A stretch of DNA of 30,862 nt from an uncultured Verrucomicrobiota bacterium (GTDB lineage Bacteria; Verrucomicrobiota; Verrucomicrobiia; Palsa-1439). The notes beneath the pieces are model-generated. The model was given only the letters and a program-made list of their open reading frames with translations, did no database searches and was not told where the DNA came from. Shown here one piece after another: positions 7,354 to 16,742 of the stretch. The stretch is taken from positions 1 through 30,862 of the forward strand of contig CAZNOK010000037.1 of the NCBI GenBank assembly GCA_964574605.1. The letters are read 5' to 3'. Each line of letters begins with the position of its first letter. Position 1 is the stretch's first letter. Made by a program: the position numbers and the translations under genes.

Positions 7354-8871
7354 TTATTCCTCGGCGGCAGTCTTCTTCTTACGGCCTTTCCCTTTGCCTT
7401 TCGCCTTGGCCGGGACGATCTCGCTGGGTGTGTTGGGGGTCGGCATTGGCGCGCCGATTTGTTTGCGCCAGGCAAGAAGTTTGTCGTGAAGTTCCTTGAG
7501 CTTGTCGGGCTGCGAGCCGGCGAGGTCGTGTTTCTCGCCGATGTCGTCTTTGAGGTTATAGAGTTCGCGTTTGCCGGTCTCGAAGAACTCCAAGAGTTTC
7601 CAGTCGCCGTCGCGGATGGTGCCGACCGGCGTGGTGCGCCAAGTATTTCCGCCGGAGCCGAGATAGCCGGGGAAATGCCAATAGAGCGCTTTGCGTTTCG
7701 CCTTGCTGCCGCCGGTCAGGAGATTGAGGTAACTGGTGCCGTCGAGCGTGTAAGCGGGGTCTGGTTTGCCTCCGGCGAGTTCGACCAGTGTCGGGTAGAG
7801 ATCAACACTGTTGATCGGTTCGTTGCAGACAGTGCCGGATTTGATCTTGCCCGGCCAGCGGAAGATATACGGGATGCGGACGCCGCCTTCGTAGAGCATT
7901 CCTTTGCCGCCGCGCAACGGCGCGTTGTCGGTGACGTCGCCGCCTTGGATGCCTTCGCGTTCGTAACCGCCGACGCCGCCGTTGTCGCTGGAGAAAACCA
8001 GCAGCGTGTTGTCGCTGAGTTTCAGTTCGTCGAGCAACGCCATGATGCGTCCGACGCTTTCATCCACACTGGCGATCATGCCGGCGTAGGTCGGGTTTTG
8101 ATGGCCGCCGACAGGCGATTTCGGTTTGAAGTGGTCAATCCAGTTCTGCTTGGCCTGAAGTGGCGTGTGGACGGCAAAGTGCGCCAGCACGAGGAAGAAC
8201 GGTTTTTCTTTGTGTCGTCGAATGAAATCAACTGATTTGTCGGCCAGCCAGTCGGCGAGATAAGTTCCTTTCGGGTAATCAACTTTCGGCTGCGTCTTAA
8301 AATCAAAGTGGACTCCCATTGAAGTAATCGCTTCGTCAAAACCGCGTTTGCCGGGATGATAATCGCCGTCTTGTCCGAGGTGCCATTTGCCGAAGTAGCC
8401 GGTGCTGTAGCCGGCTTTCTTGATGGCTTGGCCGATGGTGATTTTTTCGAGCGGCAGGTTCTGCACGTTGTCCACGGGCCGAAGTGTGCGGGTTTGCCAA
8501 GCGAACCGGTCAATGCCGCCGACGGTATAGACGCCGGTGCGCGGATTGTACTGGCCGCTCATCAATGCGGCGCGCGTCGGTTGGCAATTCGGACCGCAGG
8601 TGTAACCGCTGGCGAACTTCATTCCCTGCGCCGCCACGCGGTCAAGGTGCGGCGTCTCGTAGTACTTGCTTCCGTAGCAAGCGAGATCGGTGTAGCCAAG
8701 ATCATCAGCGAGAATGAAGACGATATTGGGTTTGGCGAGCGCTAACGGGGAAATTCCGGCGACGATTGCGATCAAGATGCATTGTAGGAGCGGCCTTCTG
8801 GCCGCGATTCGCCAACACAGTCGCGCCCAAAAGGGCGCTCCCACAGGACCTGCTATTCTTGATAGTTTCAT
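7354..8871 (-). CDS. Formylglycine-dependent sulfatase with a C-terminal Lys-rich tail and no EF-hand.
   Basis: The motif CGPNCQPTRAALMSG (CQPTR, C-x-P-x-R) is present. The N-terminal core reads PNIVFILADDLGYTD and the C-terminal tail reads AKAKGKGKGRKKK. ATG at 8871 overlaps the upstream TGA (ATGA). The alternative ATG at 8886 would overlap the upstream gene by 19 nt. Confidence 0.88.
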   Translation of the reverse strand: MKLSRIAGPVGAPFWARLCWRIAARRPLLQCILIAIVAGISPLALAKPNIVFILADDLGYTDLACYGSKYYETPHLDRVAAQGMKFASGYTCGPNCQPTRAALMSGQYNPRTGVYTVGGIDRFAWQTRTLRPVDNVQNLPLEKITIGQAIKKAGYSTGYFGKWHLGQDGDYHPGKRGFDEAITSMGVHFDFKTQPKVDYPKGTYLADWLADKSVDFIRRHKEKPFFLVLAHFAVHTPLQAKQNWIDHFKPKSPVGGHQNPTYAGMIASVDESVGRIMALLDELKLSDNTLLVFSSDNGGVGGYEREGIQGGDVTDNAPLRGGKGMLYEGGVRIPYIFRWPGKIKSGTVCNEPINSVDLYPTLVELAGGKPDPAYTLDGTSYLNLLTGGSKAKRKALYWHFPGYLGSGGNTWRTTPVGTIRDGDWKLLEFFETGKRELYNLKDDIGEKHDLAGSQPDKLKELHDKLLAWRKQIGAPMPTPNTPSEIVPAKAKGKGKGRKKKTAAEE

Positions 8872-10028
8872 AGTTTGTTCATCCATACAGTAGTTTCACG
8901 GTTGGCGGCAACAATATCCTGCAACACTTCTTCGTCGGGCCGCTCGGCGGCATCGAGCAACCCGCGTTTGCGACATTCATTTCGCAGATACGCCCCACAC
9001 AAGTGGGCGCCGACGCAGCCCGGCACTTTGCGGAGTCGTCGCGACATCTCCGCGTAACCCGCGCCGCTGTGACGCGGGGGACTATTCGTCCCTTTCACCG
9101 TCACAGCGTAATCGGCAAGCAACACCGGCTTGCCGGTTTTCTGGTGCCAGTGCGCCAGATTCTGCGCGACTGCTTCCGGTTTCGAGAAATGTTGGAAAGA
9201 GAACACGTCCACGAACGGTTTGGCGGCTTCCATGACTTCGTCGGCGATGGGACGGTTGGCCTCGTAGCGATCGCCAAGGATGAGATGGTGCTTGTCGTAT
9301 CGGCGAATCGCGTCGTGTGTGACCCGATAATATTGCGTCGCAAGCTCGAAAAGTTCCTTGCGTCCAGACTCGGTCTTGAGTTTCTCAGGGTTGAACAGCG
9401 GGCCTTTCCACTCGCATTCCGGGCGCGTGTGAATCCACGTCGGACAATCAATGTAGAAGTAACCAATCAGCTTCGGATCGTCCTTCATGCGCGCACAATG
9501 TTCGCGCGCGACGTAATCGCACCACTCGGCAAACTCCGGGCTGGCAAAGTTGGGATGCCGTGTCTCAGCCTCCCATTGGTGAAAATCGGCGAACGGCAAT
9601 TGATGACAATACGGCAAACCGAGCCATTGATATTCTTCAAACGTAAACGCGCGCGAGTGCCGGTGATTCGTTGGTCCGCGCGTGACGACTTCCTGTGTCC
9701 AACCAACGGTGTTGAATCCCCACGCGCGTAGGTCCGGCGCAACCGACTCTTTCAGCCATCGTTCCATCGAGTTGCCGTATTTGCGTTCCCAGAGGTCGCC
9801 GTTCGAGGTGAATCGCAACGGCGACGGGTCAATGTGGTTCAGGCCAATCGAGAAGAACGGTTTCCCTTCCGGCGTGATGAACCACCACCGACCGTTTCGC
9901 TGGGCAACGGAGAAAAATCGTCGCGGTGTCGTAGCCCCCGCGTTGAAAAACGTCCCCGCCAACGTCGCTATTCCGCCAGCAACAAGAAATTGCCGGCGGG
10001 ACAAAACGGAATGGGCGGTCGGCTTCAT
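8868..10028 (-). CDS. Tat-exported TIM-barrel glycoside hydrolase-like protein (GH-A clan, GH5-like).
   Basis: ATG at 10028 gives MKPTAHSVLSRRQFLVAGGIATLAG, with the twin-arginine motif SRRQFL. The segment NGRWWFITPEGKPFFSIGLNHI resembles the N-terminal strand of GH5-type hydrolases. Family assignment is tentative. Confidence 0.75.
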   Translation of the reverse strand: MKPTAHSVLSRRQFLVAGGIATLAGTFFNAGATTPRRFFSVAQRNGRWWFITPEGKPFFSIGLNHIDPSPLRFTSNGDLWERKYGNSMERWLKESVAPDLRAWGFNTVGWTQEVVTRGPTNHRHSRAFTFEEYQWLGLPYCHQLPFADFHQWEAETRHPNFASPEFAEWCDYVAREHCARMKDDPKLIGYFYIDCPTWIHTRPECEWKGPLFNPEKLKTESGRKELFELATQYYRVTHDAIRRYDKHHLILGDRYEANRPIADEVMEAAKPFVDVFSFQHFSKPEAVAQNLAHWHQKTGKPVLLADYAVTVKGTNSPPRHSGAGYAEMSRRLRKVPGCVGAHLCGAYLRNECRKRGLLDAAERPDEEVLQDIVAANRETTVWMNKL

Positions 10029-10039
10029 CAACGGCGGCA

Positions 10040-10069
10040 AGTATAAGCAAGACAGGCTGCGTTTGACAA
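10040..10069 (-). promoter_or_regulatory. Candidate sigma70-like promoter (TTGTCA-N18-TATACT) 13 nt upstream of the GH-like gene ATG.
   Basis: The minus strand reads tgtTTGTCAaacgcagcctgtcttgctTATACTtgccgccgttgATG. This would restart transcription of the GH, sulfatase and deacetylase genes downstream of the inserted island. Confidence 0.3.
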
Positions 10070-10099
10070 ACATTTGGATTTTGCGCTCGAAACCAGAAC

Positions 10100-10393
10100 T
10101 TACAACCTGTGTCTCCAGTAGCCGGGACGGCGACGCAGGTGGGCAACGGCAACGACCCAAATCTTGTCGGGCAAATCGAGATAGACTACCGCAAACGGAA
10201 ACCGGTGTACCAGATACGTGCGTGTCTCGTGGGTGCGGATTGACCAGCGTTGTGGGGCTACTTGGATAATGGCCAATGCGTCTTGCACCTCGGCGCGGTA
10301 GTCAAAGCCGAGTCCTTCCACGCATTGTTCGTAGTAATCCTGAGCCGCGAAGAACTCCGCTTGCGCTTCCGGATGGAAATCCACCGGCTTCAC
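10100..10393 (-). CDS. Type II toxin, RelE/ParE family.
   Basis: 97 aa. GTG start at 10393 overlaps the antitoxin stop (GTGA). The C-terminus YLVHRFPFAVVYLDLPDKIWVVAVAHLRRRPGYWRHRL matches the RelE/ParE C-terminal signature (AH.RR.PGYW). Confidence 0.75.
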   Translation of the reverse strand: MKPVDFHPEAQAEFFAAQDYYEQCVEGLGFDYRAEVQDALAIIQVAPQRWSIRTHETRTYLVHRFPFAVVYLDLPDKIWVVAVAHLRRRPGYWRHRL

Positions 10394-10617
10394 GCGGAGC
10401 GGCGCGGACGGCGCGCGAAAACCTTGCTGGCGGGAATGCCTTGGACGCGTCCCTTGCGAATATCCTCCACACGACGGGCAATCTCAGCGTCCCAGTGCCT
10501 CTCCACATCGGCATCGCTCTCGGTGTCCAGACTCTGAATCAACGCGTGCGCCAGCCGTGCCCGTCGTTCCACCGGCATCCGCAACGCCTGTTCGGTCAAA
10601 GCTGCTGCTGTCTTCAT
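10390..10617 (-). CDS. Antitoxin, putative addiction-module component (TIGR02574-like), paired with the RelE/ParE toxin.
   Basis: MKTAAALTEQALRMPVERRARLAHALIQSLDTESDADVERHWDAEIARRVEDIRKGRVQGIPASKVF has the family pattern (ER..LA..L..SLD...E.E..W..EI.RR..EI..G.V..IP...VF). It is 75 aa from ATG 10617; an alternative ATG is at 10629. Confidence 0.7.
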   Translation of the reverse strand: MKTAAALTEQALRMPVERRARLAHALIQSLDTESDADVERHWDAEIARRVEDIRKGRVQGIPASKVFARRPRRSA

Positions 10618-10775
10618 CGCCGCCAACATACCCGTTCCCACCAGCGTGCTCAAGCTTGTTTTCTCCACCACGCCGTTGCCAATGATTACGAAGCACGTTG
10701 ATCGGCGTGTTGGCGTTCACCTCCTCTCGAACTTTGCAGTTGAATCCTGAACATTCACAATCAATACTTGCTGGC

Positions 10776-11066
10776 ATGAACTGGTACTCAATCACAATCA
10801 CAAAGAAGATGCTCTTGCAAGGCGCCCTTCACACCTTCCAAGAAAAGTATATGCGGCTCCGCGATGCAGCCGATTTTCCCTCGGACATGGCACTCTTTGC
10901 TGGTAGGCAACCTGAATTACAGGACACCTACTACTTCCCACGGTCATCGTCACAGGCAGAACTTCCGTTGGTTTCAGAATACAAAGCAGTGGCCTGCGAA
11001 AGACCGCGGAAGGGCGAAATGATACTGTTAGTCGGCAACGACAAATCGGATCTTCTTTTGGGCTAG
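10776..11066 (+). CDS. Hypothetical small protein (97 aa) in the low-GC island, convergent with the T5orf172 gene.
   Basis: ATG at 10776 (MNWYSITITKKMLLQGALHTFQEKY...). Local GC content is lower than the surrounding core. No recognisable domain and no clear Shine-Dalgarno site. Confidence 0.3.
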   Translation: MNWYSITITKKMLLQGALHTFQEKYMRLRDAADFPSDMALFAGRQPELQDTYYFPRSSSQAELPLVSEYKAVACERPRKGEMILLVGNDKSDLLLG

Positions 11067-11111
11067 TTCAATCGGCAACTACAAACCTTGTTGGTCAGCA
11101 CGTTTGGCTTC

Positions 11112-12146
11112 TCACATAGGCTTTGCATTCCATTTGAGCCGCCTACAGGCGTTTCGCCGGTAATCCTTGATCAACCGATTGAATATTTTGGCCACCCACG
11201 CGGAATTCTCGGATGCTTCTTTGCCAACATATCCTTTCCCCGCTGGCCAAGACCGATAATGAAATTGAACATGCGACCAAAAGCCTAAGTCATAAGATCT
11301 CTCGCCAACAGGATACTGGCTCCTAAAGGAATTCACGCAGCGCCACACCCATTCGACCATGTCGCCTAAGAAGTCAATCCTCACTGCACCGCCATACGCC
11401 ACCCACAAAACGTGAGGCCCATTCAGATCATCGCAAGCCGCCAGCAAATCGCGAAGTTCCACCATTCTCGGCTTATCTTCGAGACTAAGCGAAAACTGTC
11501 GTTCAGCCCAAGCTTCTTCGGTGAATATCAAGTCGCAACACCCCAACGTCTTGGGGCGAATCACCATCTGATCCAGAAACTGACGAGCATTTTGGAACAT
11601 GCCTTTTTCGGGCGAGAAGAGATCCTTCCCATCACCATTCTTTGCAGTTAGTTTCAGACTGTTTTGCGTGAAGCGACCAGAGTGATCTATCTCTGTAATC
11701 TCCACCCACAGTGCGCTCTCCCGGCGTGACAGACGGATGGAAGCGATGCTCTGCTTCACTTCCGTCTTGTAGTACTCACGGATTTCGGGAAGAAGGTCAT
11801 AGATGTTCCTTCTTGCGACTTCATCCCTGAGACCTTTGATGGTGTCTTTCAAGGGCATCCAGAAACATTCCCGGTCTTGATGATAACGGTGCTTTGCGAA
11901 GCGTTCGTGCAACCGTTTCTCCACTTCGAAGCAGTCATCTACAAATTCTTCGTAGGCCACTCGCCAAGCTGTTGGGACTCCTGATCCGCGCGAGATCTCC
12001 GCTGCTCGTTCTTCGGACTTGTTGATTGTTCGTCCAATCTTCACGATGTCCTTCATCGCTGGGTTAATCAGCACATACACATAGCCAGCGCGTTTCTCTT
12101 CAGCTATGGCTGGTTTTTGCCGCTTCCGTTTCATTCTCCTTTTCAT
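11112..12146 (-). CDS. T5orf172 (GIY-YIG superfamily, MUG113-like) domain protein with an about 230-aa C-terminal domain of unknown function.
   Basis: The N-terminus GYVYVLINPAMKDIVKIGRTINKSEERAAEISRGSGVPTAWRVAYEEFVDDCFEVEKRLHERFAKHRYHQDRECFWMPL matches the T5orf172 domain pattern. An AAGGAGA Shine-Dalgarno site precedes the ATG at 12134; the ATG at 12146 is also possible. The gene lies in a low-GC region. Confidence 0.8.
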   Translation of the reverse strand: MKRRMKRKRQKPAIAEEKRAGYVYVLINPAMKDIVKIGRTINKSEERAAEISRGSGVPTAWRVAYEEFVDDCFEVEKRLHERFAKHRYHQDRECFWMPLKDTIKGLRDEVARRNIYDLLPEIREYYKTEVKQSIASIRLSRRESALWVEITEIDHSGRFTQNSLKLTAKNGDGKDLFSPEKGMFQNARQFLDQMVIRPKTLGCCDLIFTEEAWAERQFSLSLEDKPRMVELRDLLAACDDLNGPHVLWVAYGGAVRIDFLGDMVEWVWRCVNSFRSQYPVGERSYDLGFWSHVQFHYRSWPAGKGYVGKEASENSAWVAKIFNRLIKDYRRNACRRLKWNAKPM

Positions 12147-12320
12147 CAGCTAGGGAAGGAGGAGGGTGGTTTTCATCCCGGTGAGCAGTGTGCCCAACGC
12201 TTTCATGGCGGCAGGATAGGCACCGGCACAACGAAGGTCAAGACGTTGGTTGAGGGTGCGATTCCGGTCTGCTCCTATCCGCGTGTATCGGCGGTTCCAT
12301 TTCGCTGCACACGCGATTTC

Positions 12321-14243
12321 TCATTGGTTGAAATCCAAAACGAGTTTCTGGGTTCCTTTCTGAACGGTCACGACGCCTTTGCCAAAGTCAGCTTGGATGA
12401 AGGGGCTGTCATAGACGCGCGGCGGGGCGTAGTTCAGAGGTTGGCCGTCCACCAACGGCGGACGCGAGTAGTCGGCGAACAATGTGAGCGTGGTCTTGTT
12501 CAGGCGACTGGTGTAGTCGAGACGATTCTTCTCCCAACGCAGCGGGTTTGCGAGCGTTGCGCGCTGAAACTCGGCGAAGCTCGCACAGTCAGCCTTGCGC
12601 ACGACTTCGATGATGACCGGCGAGAATTCGTTGACGCATTTGAGCCACTCGCCGGTGTCGGTCGCGCCTTTCTTCTTTCGGTGTTGCTCGATGGTGTCCG
12701 GTTCCCATTCAGTGCCGCCGTGAACAACGCGCACGGCAGCGAACGCCTGCGGCGCTTCGGCGAACACCCAGCCGTTCGTCTCGGCCCGGCGCAACGCGGC
12801 GTCGAACCAGAGTCGCTGTCCTTTGGCGGACTTGTGCGTTTTCAGGCGTTGGATGATGAGGACGCCGCGTTTCTGAACCGACCAATGGGCGTTATAGACG
12901 CTGCCGCGTTTGGGTGTCAGCGGTTGAGTGAAGATGCGCGCGGTCGGATGCCCGGCGAAGATCACGCCTTCCCAACGGTTCTGGCTGCTGATCGCGGTCC
13001 AATCGTCCAATGGACGGGCTTCGACCATGCTCGTGCCGATCACGAAGTCCGGCGTGCAATACGTGTAGCGGAGCAATCCTCCGCCGTCAGGACGCAACGG
13101 GTAAATGCCTTGTGGGACATGAAACGGATGCTTGGGGTCACTCACGTAGTTTACCGGCGGCACATTGGCCTTGAGTCCGGGCCGGCGCGAGACGTACTCA
13201 TAAATGCCACGCCCGGCGACATCAAGTGCAAGCTCCGAAACAACCGGCGATGGCCGCCAAAAGGTCGTTGCGGCGCACATTGCTGATGGATGCTGGCTCT
13301 TTTCACGACCGAGGCCAAAATGAAACCACGCCACGCCGTCCATGCCGGAGCCGTCGGTCGAGTCCCTGCCGGGGTAGCAACGGTGACGGCTGCCGCCGCG
13401 AACGCCGTTGATCTGTTCGATGGCCCAATCGGCCCAAAACAGGTCGAGCAGCATCGCGTACCGCCGGCGCAACACGGGGTCGTCGGCGAAATCGGCGAGG
13501 TTATACCAGCCGCCGAGTGTGTATTTGTTGTAGCCGGAGTTGCACTCGACAAGCAGTCCTTTCGCGGCGCGTTCGCGGGCGTGACGCTTGAAGTATTCGT
13601 TGAACGCGGTCGCCATTTGTGCCGGTGTTGTGCCGTCGGCGTAGCGGCGATTCTTGTAGTCGGGATGTTTCGCAAAAATTTGTGCCGCGCCCCAGAAGCT
13701 CGACCACGCCTGTGCGTGATGGTTCTCGCTGCCCCATTTCCACCAATCGCGTTCCGGCAACGTCATCTCCAATCGGCACCGCGGCCCAGCCCATTGCCAG
13801 AGCATGTCGAGCAACGCCGCCTCGGCCTCGGCGCTCATGCGGCCGGGGAAATGTTTGCTCGCGCGGCTGAAAAGAAAATAGATGCGTTCCAGAATGTAGG
13901 CGTGCCAATGGAAGTTGCCGATCTTGAGAGACTCGGGAAACGCCTTTTGTCGCTCGGTGAGGATCGCCTGATCGCCCTTTGCTCGATCATCCAGCCAGTA
14001 AGCCGCCAACGCGAGATCCTCGTAATGCCAGCAGCCTTCCTCCGGATACGGGCGTTCCAATTGCGCGTGCATCACGGCGTCGCGTCGCACATCCTGTTCG
14101 TCGCGCGCCTCCGAGTTGTAGCCGCGAGCCTGCTCGCGGTGGGTGTTGGCGGTATTCGTTTCCCGAAGGCCGCAAGCAGGCTCGCGGCTACAGTCACTGG
14201 CGAGAGCGGCGACGAATGTTATCGCTGCAAGAATCGCGTTCAT
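12321..14243 (-). CDS. Secreted hypothetical protein of 640 aa, possibly an (alpha/alpha)-toroid polysaccharide lyase or hydrolase (heparinase II/III- or GH127-like?).
   Basis: ATG at 14243 (MNAILAAITFVAALASDCS, a signal peptide) overlaps the upstream stop (ATGA). The protein is large and Trp-rich, consistent with a carbohydrate-active fold. Family cannot be assigned from sequence alone. Confidence 0.75.
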   Translation of the reverse strand: MNAILAAITFVAALASDCSREPACGLRETNTANTHREQARGYNSEARDEQDVRRDAVMHAQLERPYPEEGCWHYEDLALAAYWLDDRAKGDQAILTERQKAFPESLKIGNFHWHAYILERIYFLFSRASKHFPGRMSAEAEAALLDMLWQWAGPRCRLEMTLPERDWWKWGSENHHAQAWSSFWGAAQIFAKHPDYKNRRYADGTTPAQMATAFNEYFKRHARERAAKGLLVECNSGYNKYTLGGWYNLADFADDPVLRRRYAMLLDLFWADWAIEQINGVRGGSRHRCYPGRDSTDGSGMDGVAWFHFGLGREKSQHPSAMCAATTFWRPSPVVSELALDVAGRGIYEYVSRRPGLKANVPPVNYVSDPKHPFHVPQGIYPLRPDGGGLLRYTYCTPDFVIGTSMVEARPLDDWTAISSQNRWEGVIFAGHPTARIFTQPLTPKRGSVYNAHWSVQKRGVLIIQRLKTHKSAKGQRLWFDAALRRAETNGWVFAEAPQAFAAVRVVHGGTEWEPDTIEQHRKKKGATDTGEWLKCVNEFSPVIIEVVRKADCASFAEFQRATLANPLRWEKNRLDYTSRLNKTTLTLFADYSRPPLVDGQPLNYAPPRVYDSPFIQADFGKGVVTVQKGTQKLVLDFNQ

Positions 14244-16570
14244 TTTTGCGGCGCGGTGATGCCGAGTCCGAGCAACGGCAGCAGGTCGCGGCTCTCGGTG
14301 ACGCCATAGTTGAAGATGGTGAAGCCGCGCGTCTTGTATTGGCGCGTGATCATGATCTGCTCGATCAAACGGTCCACGCCGAACTTCGAGTGCGACGCGC
14401 TGACGCCGATGCCGGGATAACATCGCGCGTGCCCGGCCCACTGGACCTGCTGGGCAATCCAGTTCTCGAAGTTACGGTTGATCGGCGTGTAGTCCATCGG
14501 ACAAACGAAATCAAGCCAGCCGTTGTCGCACCAGAGTTTCCAGTCCTGGCCGACGCCGTCGCGGTCGGTGTTCCACTGGCGGAACACCGCGGCGGAGATT
14601 CTGATCTTCGGTTTGATGGCGCGCGCCTGTTCGCTGACGGCCTGCACGACCGTCGAGATGTTGGTGCGGCGCCAATCGAGCCACTTCTGGCGTAACGGCC
14701 CCTCATCGAGAACCTCTTTCGGCCAGTTCGGCAACGGCACGCCCACCGACCGTTGGAACCGTTGCCGGCAACCGTCGCAGAAACAGTAGTTGCCACCCGG
14801 ATAGCGGATGTAATCGAAATGAATCCCCGCCACGTCGTACTTGCGCGCGACCTCCAACATCGCATCCACCTCCAACCTCTGATTGTCGGGATGCGACGGG
14901 CACAACCATTTCTCCTCTTTGCCGCGCGCGCTCATCTGGAGCCGTCCCGCCCTCCGCATTTTCTCCACGAACTCCGCCGGCGCGTGGTGTCCGAGGTTCC
15001 AGTTCACCTTCCAGACGTGGACTTGGATGCCGGACTTCTTGGCGGCGGCGACGCACTTCGCGATCTGGTCGCCCTTGTCCGCCGCGACGACCGGCAGCAC
15101 CTTGCTGTCATAAAACGCCGCGCCGCCCCAAAGCATGTTCGGCAGAATCGCCGTGAAACCGTTGTCCGCCAGCCGGCGAACCGCTTCGTCCCATTCCATC
15201 CCCTCGACGCCAAACGCGCTGTGACACCAGAACGCACGGAACTCGTTCGGCTCCGGGCGTTGCGCCCGACAGAACGCTTTCTGGGCCTCTTGTTGAGCGG
15301 CGGCGGCTTTGTCCATCGCCTCGGCGAACCGCCCGGCCGCCGCCAGCTTTAATGCCGCGTCACGCAACGCCCGCGCCGTATCGTCAGTCGGCATCCCGAC
15401 CCGCGCGATGCTCGCGTCCACCGCCTTGCGCCAGACATCCGGCACAAGATAGCCGACCATCGCCAGCAACATCCGCCGCTTGTTCGCCGCGTCGTCGGAC
15501 AACAACACGTGCGTCATCACCAGCCCGTTGGTCGAGCCGAGCACCGCGGCGTAACCCGTCGGTTGCCCGTTCGCGTCGAGCCACTCCGCAAACACCCGAC
15601 TCTCGCCGGCAACCGGTGCCATCGCATGGATGTTCCACGAGCGTTGCCCCACCATCGCCGGCGCGCCCGGCAAAGCGTTCGGCGCGAATCGCATCGTGGA
15701 GAAATTGCCTGTGTACTTCGGTCGCACATGTTCGCCGCCTTGAACATGCAACACGCCGCGCAGTTTGCTTGGCACCGAGTAGAACACCAGCAGTTTCCCG
15801 CCGGCGTTGGCGTACTTTGCCAGTTCATCCGCCACGTTTTCCGGCATCCATGGATTGTGCGGCAACACGACCAGCTTCGCCGACTTCAACCGTTCCGCCG
15901 TCACATCGAGGTCACTGACCACCGCGCAACCGATGTCCAGCGCCCGCAACTGCTCCGTGACCGCCTCGGTGAACTGCGCCACGCTCTGCGCTTCGTCGGG
16001 ACTCCGTTGCGCCACCGACTCGCCGCGGATGACGGCCACGGTCGCGTCGCCGCCAAGCGCGTCGGCCAACGTCATCTCGCCGAGCAACAGTTCCGTGTTC
16101 ACGTCCTTCCCGCGCCACGCCGACAACCGGATCGTCTTGATCTGTCCCCAGCCGGCGGGCTTGCCTTCCGTCTTTGTCGCCGCCTTGTCAATGGTGATGA
16201 CGTTCCAGGCGTTGGTCTGCTCCGGGAAAAACGACGCGCTATACCAGCCCGAGCCGCTCTCAAAATACAAACTGAAATGCCCCACCGGCGAAACGTCCCG
16301 GCACCAGAGCTTGAACTTGATTCCCCGGCACGCCGTCAAATCGAGCTTTACTTTCCGGTCCCACGACGCCCGTTCGATGGCCGTCCCCGCAAAGTTACAC
16401 GGCAACCGCAGCACGGTCTGCCCCGCCAGATTTGTTTTTGTCACCGGTGCCGTCCCCTTCATCGGGGACCAGTTCGCCTGCGCCGCCGCGTCATTCGCGT
16501 ACCGACAATCCTCAATCATCGCGACGTTCGACATCAACGCCGCTGCTGCCAAGATGGAAAAAAGATTCAT
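14240..16570 (-). CDS. Secreted GHL10-family (PF02638/DUF187-like) glycoside hydrolase with N-terminal accessory domains.
   Basis: ATG at 16570 (MNLFSILAAAALMSNVAM, a signal peptide). The C-terminal half contains FRAFWCHSAFGVEG... and DVAGIHFDYIRYPG, which matches the GHL10 motif GIH.DYIRYP. The stop at 14240-14242 overlaps the downstream ATG (ATGA). Confidence 0.8.
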   Translation of the reverse strand: MNLFSILAAAALMSNVAMIEDCRYANDAAAQANWSPMKGTAPVTKTNLAGQTVLRLPCNFAGTAIERASWDRKVKLDLTACRGIKFKLWCRDVSPVGHFSLYFESGSGWYSASFFPEQTNAWNVITIDKAATKTEGKPAGWGQIKTIRLSAWRGKDVNTELLLGEMTLADALGGDATVAVIRGESVAQRSPDEAQSVAQFTEAVTEQLRALDIGCAVVSDLDVTAERLKSAKLVVLPHNPWMPENVADELAKYANAGGKLLVFYSVPSKLRGVLHVQGGEHVRPKYTGNFSTMRFAPNALPGAPAMVGQRSWNIHAMAPVAGESRVFAEWLDANGQPTGYAAVLGSTNGLVMTHVLLSDDAANKRRMLLAMVGYLVPDVWRKAVDASIARVGMPTDDTARALRDAALKLAAAGRFAEAMDKAAAAQQEAQKAFCRAQRPEPNEFRAFWCHSAFGVEGMEWDEAVRRLADNGFTAILPNMLWGGAAFYDSKVLPVVAADKGDQIAKCVAAAKKSGIQVHVWKVNWNLGHHAPAEFVEKMRRAGRLQMSARGKEEKWLCPSHPDNQRLEVDAMLEVARKYDVAGIHFDYIRYPGGNYCFCDGCRQRFQRSVGVPLPNWPKEVLDEGPLRQKWLDWRRTNISTVVQAVSEQARAIKPKIRISAAVFRQWNTDRDGVGQDWKLWCDNGWLDFVCPMDYTPINRNFENWIAQQVQWAGHARCYPGIGVSASHSKFGVDRLIEQIMITRQYKTRGFTIFNYGVTESRDLLPLLGLGITAPQK

Positions 16571-16742
16571 TGCAAGCCCGACTCTAGCGACGCCATCAAG
16601 CGAGTCAAGCTGCATCCTCCCCCGGTTGTGCGCCGGTCTCCAGACCGCGCGCTTTGCTCGACCGAAGGTCTTCCGTCGCGGATGGCGATGAGGAGACCTT
16701 GCGGTCAAAGAAACGGCGCGGTCAGAGACCTGCGTCGAACAA

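Noticed and set aside
11088-11651. + strand ORFs 11088..11288 and 11412..11651 inside the T5orf172 gene.
   Set aside because: They are short, fully antisense to a gene with a clear domain, and have no start-codon context.
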